Shown here in pieces: positions 25,391-36,963 of a stretch of DNA of 64,000 bases; the stretch's first letter is position 1, and every line of letters begins with the position of its first letter. The notes under the pieces are model-generated. The model was not told where the DNA came from. It was given only the letters and a program-made list of their open reading frames with translations, and made no database searches. This DNA is from Hydrolagus colliei (lineage: Eukaryota), in assembly GCA_035084275.1 (NCBI GenBank), contig CM068755.1, positions 12,214,001 to 12,278,000 on the forward strand, given 5' to 3'. Position numbers and translations under genes: made by a program.

Positions 25391-27519
25391 GGATAATTAA
25401 TTGTGCTCCCCATACATTCTGAGTTTCACCGTGCCACTCTTGCTGAGATTTTGAGAGTTGTCACAAGAATTTCAGAGGGGGAAATGGGTGAACAGAGACA
25501 CTGACCTCATAACACTATGGTGCCAGTTTTGCCAGAGAAAAAGGATCAATAAAATCTTGTATTATCACTGGCAAATTCAATATTAGTTATTTTAAACAGA
25601 GGAATCATTTGTTCCAAAGCAGAGTCTTAAGGAAATCTGATCAGAGCAGATTTCCCACTGGCCCCAAATTTGCCTTTTTTTGCTGTGTGTATTATAATAT
25701 ATCCAATTTTTAAAATGTGCAGAACCTATCCTCTGGGTGATTTTATTAATTTCCCACCCACTTCAATACATGGCTGCCAGCCAACACAATAGCCGGACAG
25801 TGGACAAACCCCCTGGAAGTGGTTTTATATGGGATGCACATCATGTTAACTGTAAGATGTCTGCTCTGATTTACATCGAGCAAGAGGAAGAATTTATACC
25901 TAATAGATTTTTCCCCATGCGGCCTCACCTCCTAGTGCAAATGTAACTGCAGTAAATCATTAAATGTGCTGACTTTTTTCAAAAAAGGTTTCACTGAAAC
26001 TACCCCAGTTGATTGAAGAAATGTGTAATAATATTATATTTGTTCAACTGATCTCTTCAGTAAGGAAATTGGATCTTTTTTTGCTTAGTTTGGTGTCCAT
26101 GGAAACCCATTATCATGCTTAAAAGTATCCAAACTGAACTGAGTTCTATGCATCCCACCTCCACCTGGAAATTTCAGTAATTAGAATAGACTGATTCCCT
26201 TCTATGAAGAAATTGGATCCAAAGTACAAAAAAATCCAGTGTTCAAAATTCCGGAATCAATCTTGTCATTGAAAATAAACGTTCTGGATCCACGAATAAA
26301 ATATAACCCTATTTTTATTTTGAGAACAAAATAATTAATTTATACCAAGTGACAAGTGAAATTAGGATTGCAGGGCTTCTCACAATTCATCACTTATGTA
26401 TTTAACCCTTTATAGATAGCTGGTTTAGAACAAAAATGCTTTACGTTTAGACATCTGCTTTTCCAGGCAGGCACTTAGATCTGCTGGTTTACACAACTCA
26501 ACTCCAATTCTCCGATATAGTCAAATATCACCTAAAGAGAATTGCATATCTCCCACCCCCACTAAATTTCATTATAAACGCTGAACAAAAAGTTTATTAA
26601 CGCTATCAAATCATGACCCAGATGATATCTTAATGATATCTTAATGATTTGCCGCTGTATCCATGTATCTTTGCTCTTCTCCTTCTGGGATGGGTTTGCT
26701 ACATTGCAGTGTTTTGTTTTATACTGTTTTATGACTGAACAATGTTGGTATGATTTTCAATTCCATTTACCTCTGTAGTAACGTTTGCAAGAACTGCACT
26801 GTGATACTATGACATAATGTTATTGTTTCTAAGATTAGTTACCTGGTGATTTTTTTCAGTCAAATTTATCCAACGCTGTTTCAAATATAGCAAACCTTGT
26901 GTCCAATATCCCAATATGCACAGGGTGTTGTTGCTTGTCAAGTCTTATCTCCTCTCACCCACCCCCATCACCCAAAGGTGTTACGTCATACGGGGACATG
27001 TTTTCACAGGAACTGACTGCCCTCTGGTACATTGCCCAAAGTACATTGCTTCAACTGTGAGATGAGTTAGTTTTGGCAGGTTATTCGGCCATGGGGGATG
27101 CATAGCTGAGCCGTTTCTTTCCTCACCCCATGTCCAGTCCACTTCTCCCATCTCTCTGCCTCTCATTCGCTTGCCTTTCTCTTGAATCACTAGATAGTGA
27201 TCAGTGTCTGGGACCCAAGGGCGATTTCCTCCATCTAGCCACATTTGGCGTTAACCAATTTCCCAAATTGTCTTGTATAATTCTTGTCCAGTTTCTAGCA
27301 CCAATTGTTCTCATAAAGATAGGTGCAAAACTGAAAGTCAAAGAAATAATAAACTCAATATTCTCGGAGCTGTATGACAGCCAATGAGCAGATTTTGCGT
27401 AGGGCAGAGGTACTAAACGTGTTCATTCACATCAAAGGTAGGAAAAAAAATAATAACCTACATTTAGATATACATAGTATGTAATATTTTCATCTATAAT
27501 AAATACATCAGAGAGCTTT

Positions 27520-27720
27520 AATAATAGTAATAATCCTTGCATTTGTTGTAGTGCTTTTCACATCTTCCAGATGTCTCAAAGCGCTTCACAGAATATACTG
27601 TAAAGTGAATTGACTATTTTATGGGCAAAACGTGGCCAATTGCGCACAGCAGTGTCCCACATACAGTCGTGGATTGAAATGAGTAATTTTATTATTGTGT
27701 TTTTTTTGGAGAGATTATTT
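27520..27720 (-). mobile_element. SINE 3' half, well preserved
   Basis: Close reverse complement of ~41410-41618. Confidence 0.9.
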
Positions 27721-28563
27721 ATGACATAAGGCTGGTTAGAAATGAAAGTGATTGCTGTTACATACAAGGAGATGAGAAAATGGTTTGAGTTTTGGGGGTG
27801 CATTTGGGTGTTGAGTTGGAGTATGAGTCAGGATTCCTGGGAGCAAGACACCGTATTTCTTTGAAATAGAGACATAGGGGTTGGCACTTTATATCCATCT
27901 GTATCACAAGGCAGTCAGAACCCAAATTAATAATGCAATCAAGTAAAGGGATGCTAATTTGGAAATAAATAATAAACTTGTAATTCGTATTGTATGTTAC
28001 AGTAAATAAACACGGGGTAACATAATTTTTTTGTAAGCAAGGATTTTGAAGCATCCCTAAATTGAATTTGATATAAATTAACAAGGGCATTCAAAAATTG
28101 AAGAGGGCAAAAAAAAAGAAACATGAATAACGAGTACAATTTTAGCAGGATACACTCTAAGGATGGTTAGTTTCTGAGATACATTTTTACAGGCTGTTCC
28201 TTGGAGTGTTCCTTTTAGTGGAACAATACTCAATCTATGTCATAATAATACTTACAAATCAATAATTATGTAAAGTGAGTTCATTGGGGAAAACTGCAGA
28301 ATGAATCCGGTGCTCCTAGGGTTTACAGAAACCACTTTTACTCGTGAGCTGAGGTTCTATTCTGTTCTTGTTTCCAACAAAGGCAATAAACGAGTGACTT
28401 TTCTTAATGAAATATCCAGTTTTATAATTGCATGTCTTGCTGTGCCAAAATCAAAGAAAAATAATAGATCTGGATAGGAAATAACCTGTATTATCAAAGC
28501 ACTGCACAAAGATGACATGAATGCTAGTTGCAAAATTAATTTTGATTTTTTTTTAATTTACAG

Positions 28564-28673
28564 TGTCTTTATCTGGTCAGTACCTTTCCTGTCCAAGCTC
28601 GCCTGTTTTGTGCTCGCTGTTTGCACAATTGTATTGTATTTTGTTCCGTTGAGGTACCTCCTGTTGATCTGGG
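28564..28673 (+). CDS. MCTP2: MCTP2 exon (110 nt), (N)[36 protein letters not shown](G); second membrane segment
   Basis: tttttttttaatttacAG acceptor and TGGG|gtaaga donor. Matches MCTP2 [38 protein letters not shown]. Confidence 0.95.
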
Positions 28674-29214
28674 GTAAGAATGTGTTTCAATCAGTCATAA
28701 TTGAATAATAATATGTATTTCATGCTTTGTGCACGGCACTAAATAGCTTGCAAGTGAGTTAACTGCTGTAGCCACAAACTAAGAAGTTTATATAAAGTAT
28801 ATTAATCATTTACACTGAATATGCTTTGCACAAGCAATCACCTTGCTCTGTCTCCGAAGCTCTTTTGCTGAGTTAATATTGGATCTAACTTGTGACGATT
28901 TCTAGCAGGATTTGTTGATGAATAAGGATTCCAAACAGGAAAATACATTGCGCCAACCCATATAAACTTTACTCTAAAAGTAGATTGCGTCGAAGCAGAG
29001 TTGATGTGATCTTAAATTAAGTGCTTTTGGTTTCTTAAGAAATCCTATTCGAAATCGTCACATGTTTGACCCCCATAGTAATAGTTTTTATTATATTGTT
29101 CTGAAGCTATGGCTATGTGACACAGGCAATGCCCAAACTTTTAAAGCTTTATTCAGATTGCTACATGAGTCATAATTCAATCAAAGCTGATCTTTCATTT
29201 CCCTGATTTAACAC

Positions 29215-29443
29215 GCATTTGATATTGCGCTTTTCACGCCTTCTAGATGCTTCAAAGCACTTCACAGGATATACTGTAGTGAATTGAATGTATAATTTGT
29301 AGGTGAAACGAGGCAGCAAATTGCACACAGCAGTGACCCACAAATAGTTGTGGATTGAAATAACCAAATTATTATTGTTTTTTTTGAGGGATTATTGTTA
29401 GACTTGTAAGGAGAATGCTCTAACCACTGAGCTACAGGACTCT
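29215..29443 (-). mobile_element. Internally deleted copy of the young SINE (A-box head joined directly to the 3' half)
   Basis: rc reads gagtcctgtagctcagtggttagagcattctccttacaagtct|aacaataatccctc..tail. The B box and ccttgggcaag segment are missing. Confidence 0.85.
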
Positions 29444-29914
29444 ATAAATGTCTTCTACACAGGGAAAGTGCATCAGTTGATATCAGTAGATTCTTCATTC
29501 TCACACGTATAGACACAGATGGGCAGGGTTGCGATTGTGGTGAATCCTTTCATAGCTTACCAAATAACACTGTCAAATAAGAAGTTTGAATGTTTGTGCA
29601 GACTTGATCTCAAACCCTTCAGACAGATTTTTTTTCAAACCTTGAGCAGATTGATCAAGTAATGCGACTTGGAGCAGCAATGGTTAAAAACAAGGCTCCT
29701 GAATTCATTGCTGCATATTTGATTGGAAGTATGGTTGGAAACTAAAGCTTATCCCAATAAGTCCTTAATATCCTCCAACCATGCCTGAAATAAACGATCA
29801 GGGTTATTGAGGTGCTCAGAAAAGGAAAAAACAACTAACTTTCTGGTTCTGTTCCTACACGTATAGCATTATAGCTATGTTTGGTGGAACACTGAAAACA
29901 ATTATACACATTGC

Positions 29915-29950
29915 ATATATAATATATATATATATATATATATCTATATA
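29915..29950. repeat. (TA)n microsatellite
   Basis: Read directly. Confidence 0.9.
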
Positions 29951-30616
29951 TTACATTGTAAATTAGTGTGATGTTTCCCTCACCTTCCACAATGGTACAG
30001 TAGTTGTAGTCTGCTAGGTGACACGTCGTGTTGTCTGTCACTCATTTCTTATTTGGACAAAACACTTTTCCAATATTGCAGGAACCTCCAGCTTGTCAAG
30101 ACTCGCTTCGATTGTAACTTATTAATATTTAAGAAGATCAACAGATGTTTTCTTCCCTTTTTATATTTACAAAAACACACGCACACACACATACTCACTC
30201 TCTTACGCTTTTTAAGTGTGAATACAGCAGGACCAAACATGCTGAGGTCAGGAGATGAGTAAAATCCACTGGAGTATTGTGTAGTGGTTAAGAGCGTGTA
30301 GTGGAAATGTGCTGCTAATAAATGTTGATTTGAAATGCGGAAGCCAAACACTAATCTTATCTTACGGGAGAGGTGAGGGCTCTCTTGCTGCTGCTTTTGT
30401 AATGGATTTCGCAATTGAAGAAAATTAGATTTTGTAAAGGGGGTATTTGTTAATGAACCCAGATGACAGAACAGAGAGTGGTAATAAGGTTGAAACTTGA
30501 AGGCTGATGTGCACGTGTGACTGCAGCTTTGTAATTGTTTTCTCACTAATTTTCACTTGCAAAACTGTTTCTTCTGTCCCGGTGAATGTTAAAAAAAAAA
30601 AAAATTCTGTTGACAG

Positions 30617-30714
30617 GAATGCACAAATTCACTAAGAAGCTGAGAAAACCCCACGCCATCGAAAATAATGAGTTGCTTGACTTCATCTCAAGAGTTCCAT
30701 CAGACATCCAAAAG
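30617..30714 (+). CDS. MCTP2: MCTP2 penultimate exon (98 nt), (G)[32 protein letters not shown]
   Basis: ttgacAG acceptor and AAG|gtgagg donor. Contains the MCTP-family motif KFTKKLR...NNELLDF.SRVPSD. Confidence 0.96.
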
Positions 30715-32727
30715 GTGAGGGTGATAGAAATATGTAGCGTGCTAAGTTTTTTTTAAATTTTGAAAAGTCTTCAAGTGGATGTGGATATATGGTATATTGT
30801 CTGTCCCCACCCTTGCTTTTAAAGCAACTGCATGCAGTTTAGTAATCACTGTGTAAATAGAGTTTAGTCACTGATGAATAACCTTACTGCTATAATACTG
30901 CAGGTGCAGCTGGCACTTTAAGGCACATATCTTTTTTAAAGAATGGAATCTCAGGGCTTTTGAGGTGCTTTATGTGACATTACTGGAGTGATCAATATGC
31001 CTCTGCTCAGTCATGTTTTCAGGAAGCTTTAGTAATGGGGAAGATTCTCCGTGATCCTTCCCCTCCCACCCAGTTTAATGACTCTGTTCAGTGTTGCCAC
31101 CTCATCCTTTCACCAGTCATGAAATATTATTAGGAAACAACACCATTCCATCCATGAGTCAAATCAATCTATAAGCTTGAATAGAAGAACCTAAGAAGGG
31201 CATGTTAGCTCTGCCTTCTAAGAGGAGTCATGGAAATCTTTACTGAGGGCACAAAACAAAAGGATAGACATTGGACAAGGCAACGGAGTGAGAGGGAGAA
31301 TGGGTAGGAAACTTCGAGGAGGAGGAGAAGAAGTATTGATTGTGTTGTGGTTTTATTTTTGGATTCCAAATTCACCGTCCTTAATGCTTAACCTGAAGAT
31401 TGGCTGCTTCAAAACCCATTGATAACGATTCCAAAAGACACATCAATGCACTAACCTGTAGCTGAAAACTGGGAAAGTATACAGTACAATGTACAAAACA
31501 AATGGATGCCAGTTGTTTATTACACAAGGCAACATTAATTTAATAAACTGGTCAAAGGCTTTTCATCCGAATTTTCAGATGTTCGCATGTGAATAAATAA
31601 AGTGGAGAACTCCAGTTGTTGGCAACTCTGTTTGTAGCAGAGAGACACTTCATTGTACTGTGTGCTTACTGGAAGCAAACATAACTTTTATCCCCTGTGA
31701 TTGTCAGAATTATTTTAATTATATTTAAATTGTGGAACTGAGCAGAGGGAACACTTTACCAGTCCAATTGTACAGCGTGTGCATTTTACTCTTATCTTCT
31801 CTTTCATACATGTTTGGATATAAAATACAATTGCGTTGTTTTTTGTATGTTCTGTTTCCATTGTGTACAAACACATTGCTAAGAAAAAGGGATGAAAATT
31901 GAAACCTGTGATGCATTTAACCCATTGTTGAAAAATGTGACTAGTCAATGTCTTCATTGCTGACTAGTCTGCATACATATGTTAGCCAAACTGTGCGGCT
32001 TATGTGTTCAGCAGTGATTGAAATTCTGGTTCGTAGAAGTAGAGTGCCAGCTACCAGCTTTTTATTGAAGCATTGCCATTTGGGATTGGCTGGGGCTAAC
32101 CTTGCATCCAAAGGAAAATGCAGACACTTTTCATATGATTTGATATGCAAACTACTAATCAGTAGTTTTGAGCATCAGTTTTCATGGTGACCCCAATATC
32201 TGTATAGTATTGTAGCTGAGTTTTATACAATTGCTTTTGTGCAACAGTTCCCCCTTATCAAAGGATTGTCGGGGACTTTTTTTCAGTGAACCTAAGCCAA
32301 CGAATTTTAAAAGGATGTGGAAAAACTGGAATCACAACAGATAGGGAGAATACAGATTGATAAACTGTAGAAGGGAAAACAGATCAATAAACAATGGGAG
32401 GGAACTGATGTCACATTTTTTCTTTATTATTTAACTTACTAAATTGCCAATGCAATGATTTACAGATTTCTTTACCCATTATGGGCATGTCAAGTATAGG
32501 TAGGAGGTATAACAGCCCATCCAAGTTAGATCTGTTTCTGTAATCCAGCTAAATGAAGGTTCGCTGTCTTCCTTTTTGCAATTAATAGCCCGTGTTTCTC
32601 TGTCCTAAAACTGATTCATTACCTTTGAACCTTCCTGAGTTTTCTTTTCTGTTCTCCTCTGGGAGCCATTAGCATGTACAGTACTGGGGATACCTAACTG
32701 GAACATTATGTCTGTTTGTTTTAACAG

Positions 32728-32796
32728 GTGCAATATACTGAACTGAAACCGAGTAATGGGATCAGCCCTCTTAGGAAGAAGAAAAGCAATTCATAG
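32728..32796 (+). CDS. MCTP2: MCTP2 last coding exon, VQYTELKPSNGISPLRKKKSNS* (TAG 32794-32796)
   Basis: tgtttgttttaacAG acceptor. Resembles the MCTP2 C-terminus VQYAELK...SPLRKKR..*. Confidence 0.94.
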   Translation: MQYTELKPSNGISPLRKKKSNS

Positions 32797-34220
32797 CTCG
32801 CTTGCCAGATGAATCGCTACTGCTTCCAGTGGGATGGGGAAAATATCACTTCAAAGAGTTCCCATCTACAATTGCCCAGTTTAGAACATATTGTCTATTG
32901 TGGCACCATCTAAAACAGCCAGGTTTAAAAGTGACTCTATACCATCGGAGAGATGTGCAATATTCTACGTTGAACGTGTCCAATCTGTACACAAATTAAA
33001 TGTAATATATCTAGAGATAATAAGGTCGTTCAGCACTATAATGTATATTTTGTATTTTATAAGGATTCTTTTTCTATGTCATCTTTTCTTTCTCCATTCA
33101 CCCTTTTGCATCCCAAACTAGTTCTGTTTCATTTGAAAATATGAGTGAACTTTCATTTTCTGAGTACCTGTTCATTGCTGTCTTCATTCTTGTCAGTCTC
33201 TGCCACATCTAACTTTCGAGACATTACAGCCAGTTTTTGATGCAATTCTTAAATAATTATATAGTTTACTATTTACTATCCGGATGGTGAATACTGTGTG
33301 ATTGTGTTGAATTGTGACCATTTAGAAACACTTAAATGGACAATATATTCTAGCACCTTAATGATTAATTCTACGTTGAGAAGTTACAGAGAGGATCAAT
33401 GGGAAAATTTTGAGGTTAGGGGCTATTATGAATTTGAATAGGATTCAAGAACACTCTTTAGTGGTTTCTAAATAGATAGAAAAATGATGATATAGAAAGT
33501 TATGTTTTATTTGTATTTTGGAATTAATTTGCTATCGAACGTTCGTAATGCTGCTCTTTCCCAGGGTGTTAAAGAAAACTATATTTGGTTGCTTACCAAT
33601 AGTCCCATTTTAATGTCAATAAGTTTTTGAGATATTGTAACCTTTTGTATCAAAGTCCCTTGGTGCCTTTGCTGTTAAACATTTCACCAATGCTGTCAAT
33701 CGTGGTGACATCGTTCTTCTGTAGTTACTGTCTCTGTTTCACATTTAATCAGATAGGGATTGAAGTGCCAAACAGCTGTGATATAATGATTTTTTCTGTA
33801 GCTTATAACCATTTTTGACTTTTGCTCCCAAGGTCTCTGGTGCCATGAGAAAGTTTGGTTTGTACGTTATCACAAGTGAGGTTTTCTAAGAATACTGTGA
33901 CGTCCTGATGCTAAATGTAAAATGCCAGCTGCTGTGACAGGGCAATGTGTTGGTGGGTGTGTGTGCGCATCTCCAATCCCTGACTTAGACTCTTTGGATT
34001 TCACCCTTTCAGTCCTATTCTCATTCATCACAAACCTGCCAGTGGATGGCATTGCTGTAATAATAATAATCCTTGCATTTTGATATAGTTTTTCACTTCT
34101 TCCAGACATCTCAAAGCACTTCACAGAATATACCGTAAAGTGAATTGACTGTATATATGTGGGTGAAACATAATTGCCGTAGCGTTATTTCAAAATAGTT
34201 CCCAGGACCATCGCAATAAA
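32797..34220 (+). other. MCTP2: MCTP2 3' UTR (true end unknown; candidate signals ATTAAA 32995-33000 and AATAAA 34215-34220, others further downstream)
   Basis: Follows the stop codon and is U/AU-rich. The cleavage site cannot be fixed from sequence alone. Confidence 0.35.
34057..34170 (-). mobile_element. SINE tail
   Basis: taataataataatccttgcattttgatatag..gtaaagtgaattgactgtatat. Confidence 0.88.
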
Positions 34221-34244
34221 TTTTAGGTTTAATCATTTTGTTGA

Positions 34245-34500
34245 CTCTCTACCAACCTGCCTGCCCGCTCCGTTTAGCGGAACTTTCAGCCAGTCTTCCC
34301 TACACCCTGGAACTCCATCCAGCAGTCCCTTTGCCTCGCTTCCTCCCTTGCCTCCTTCAAGGCCGGTCTCAAGACCATCCTTTTCGATCGTGCCTTTTGT
34401 CACCCTCCTACCTTTCTCCCTCCCCTCCACCATGCCCCCTAACTGTTCAGCACCTTGGGATGTCCTCGCGATGTGAAGGGGTGCTCCATAAATGCAATTT
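34245..34500 (+). mobile_element. L2 LINE 3' end
   Basis: ctggaactccatcc..ctccttcaaggccggtctcaagaccatccttttcgatcgtgccttt (WNS.P..SFK..LKT.LFDRAF) plus tail. Confidence 0.88.
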
Positions 34501-36664
34501 TCTTTAAAAGAAAAGCTTTAGACCTAGGTGCAGGTTTGGACATGCTGCAAATACCTTTAATAAAATGGTGGTGCTTCTTCTCTATTATGCAAACTGTGCT
34601 TTAACAGCAAAGCTGTTTTTACAGCTGCCTGGCCTGCTTTCAGCTCCACACCTTGTCGGGAGAAGCTGGAGAATTCCACTTCAGCACTTCCAGGAGGGAT
34701 TAGCCAATTATCAGGCAGCTTGGTAAATTTGCGAGTCCTCTCCTTTCCCTATTTGGTGGGACTCGATTCGGTGACCCGAGGTATTTATCAAAATGGGTTA
34801 ACTCTCATCACTTTGACTGTGCAAGGTTTTTTTTTATTCCCAAGCAAAGCATGTGGAAGAACTGCTGAGCAGAAGCAAGGCATGTCTCTTGAGGGACAGA
34901 GTGCAAACCAGAGATTGAGGGTTCCTGAACCTCCAAGTGGCCTGGTCAAGTGCAGCGCTGGTTGGAAGCCTGACCTTGTCCTTACAGTCTTTCAGTGAAC
35001 TGAATGGTGCGTACCATGGGGGGGAAGCTAGAGAGGGTGAGAGAAGACTTAGTTTAAAATAATAGAAAACAACAGGTGGTTAATATTACCCTAGATGTTG
35101 TGGTTGGAGGTATTTCATCTCTTAAGTGCTTTGCAGTATTTTCTGAAGAGCAGGGTTTGTAATGCTGTTTCTGTCCATCCTTTCGTGCCACACAAACACT
35201 GCTGACAGAGACTTTGTTAGCATGGTCCATAGGAAAAAAAAAGAATGTATTCTGCCTATGAATGAAATTTACTTATATTTGTGAAAATGACTTTATTCCG
35301 GTGTGTATCTCTATTATTAAAGTCATTGGATCATAAATATATTTTAGATCCCAGCTGTGTTTATTTTTGTTCCATTTTATTTGATCATTCTCCTGCACCA
35401 AGTGCAGTAAGTATGGTTGTTTATCACAGCCAGGAGTCTGAGAATTGCAAGTCTGGCAGAGACCTTCGTCATAGAGACTGGAAAAGTAATTCCATTCAAT
35501 CTGCTGCTATATGATTTGGGTGGTGATGGTCGATTGACCTTTGATATAGGGAACTAGAGGTAGTGTAACCTCTGGCTTCATCTTTGATCAATATGCAAAT
35601 ATTGGTTTGGTGCTTTCATTGATTTTCATCTCTCTTTTTGACTATGGTCTTACTGATCTGATTGCTGGTACTTTGCAAACTGCAAAGACATTTTAAACAG
35701 GATCTGTGAAAACAACGTCAAGTTAAAGGCCTCCTTGTATTGTAGTTTTGTATGGGTTTGTTTTACCCTTTGTGAAAGTTGTGCTCAACAAGATGAGGAT
35801 GTTGGGAATGGAACAATTTTGTTAAAACAATATCAAGCATTCCAAGCTTAGCATTGCTGGATTCAGTGCAAAGTTCTGTCCAAAAATGGATCTCAGATCT
35901 ACACCAGAAGAATGCACACCCCTGCCCGTTGCACCAACATGACGCACTGCATTCCATTGAATACACCAGCAATCCTGGTGTGTGATCTGTGTGTGGTTTT
36001 GCTTCTAGATTAAGGCTAGGTTTATGTTTATTCCTAGCTGATTAGAATTATATTAAGATTGCTCAATTAATTTTACATGCAGGTACCAGCATGGTAAAAA
36101 TGCATTTAGATATATTTTTGTGCTGTAGGTTGATGGTGGTCAAATGACAGTAATAGAAAATATGCCTCCACAAAGAAATTGATATAACACATCTCCTTTA
36201 AATAAGGTATATGAATGAAATTTTGTCAATGTAATCCATATGACCATTCAAATAATTAAACATCTATGTTGCCATTATATTAAAGAAAACATATGCTTAG
36301 AAACTAAACTAACTCCTTTTCTTGAGATCGTGGTCACAATTTTTCTGATGGTGATATTGAGAGTGGTAAGTTCACTTTCAATTTGTGTTAATTTAACCTT
36401 GACCATTACTGGTAAGTTTCCTCTTCTGTTGGGTCAATCAATCGGCTGACTTAGGCTGTTACACAATAAACAGGAGACCAGATAGAAAAGCTGTAGTCAT
36501 CAATTATAACCTGGAATCATGTCCTGCATTGAACTTGATTTTAGTCAATAATAACACTTGGGATTTCATACTAACACATTTAATTTTTTTCCAAAAATAG
36601 CACATTGGCAAATATCTTATGATTCCACCATTATTGTTTCCCTGAGATGAAGTGTGCCTATTCA

Positions 36665-36963
36665 GTGGGCTCTGGCATGCCCCATGTCCTCCGACTGGCT
36701 CGTGCACCCGCTGGCGGGTGGTCCTTCAGCCATTCTGCCCCCACTCTTTGGAACTCCACCCCGCAACCCCCCCACCTCATCCCATCGCTTGCCTCCTTCA
36801 AGTCCCGGCTCAAGGTCTTCTGACCGTGCTTTCCATCAACCTCCTTCCCCACCACCCTGCCAATCCCTACCCCAGCTCGGGTCCGGAATACTGTCTGTCC
36901 AGCACCTTGGGATGTTATCCTGACGTGAAAGGCGCTATATACAAATAAGTTTGTTGTTGTTGC
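36665..36963 (+). mobile_element. L2 LINE 3' end
   Basis: ..GPSAILPPLFG../ttggaactcc..ctccttcaagtccc.. plus cagcaccttgggatg..gtgaaaggcgctatata..(ttg)n. Confidence 0.88.

Noticed and set aside
30049-30546. 165-aa minus-strand ORF
   Set aside because: No recognisable domain; crosses a (CA)n tract; intronic antisense.
21292-32796. Assignment to MCTP1
   Set aside because: GLIE.I.MVQDIV, LAC, LIWG, QKVQY and SPLRKK match MCTP2 as recalled; MCTP1 has GFINKIYAIQEV and QVVQYQ.
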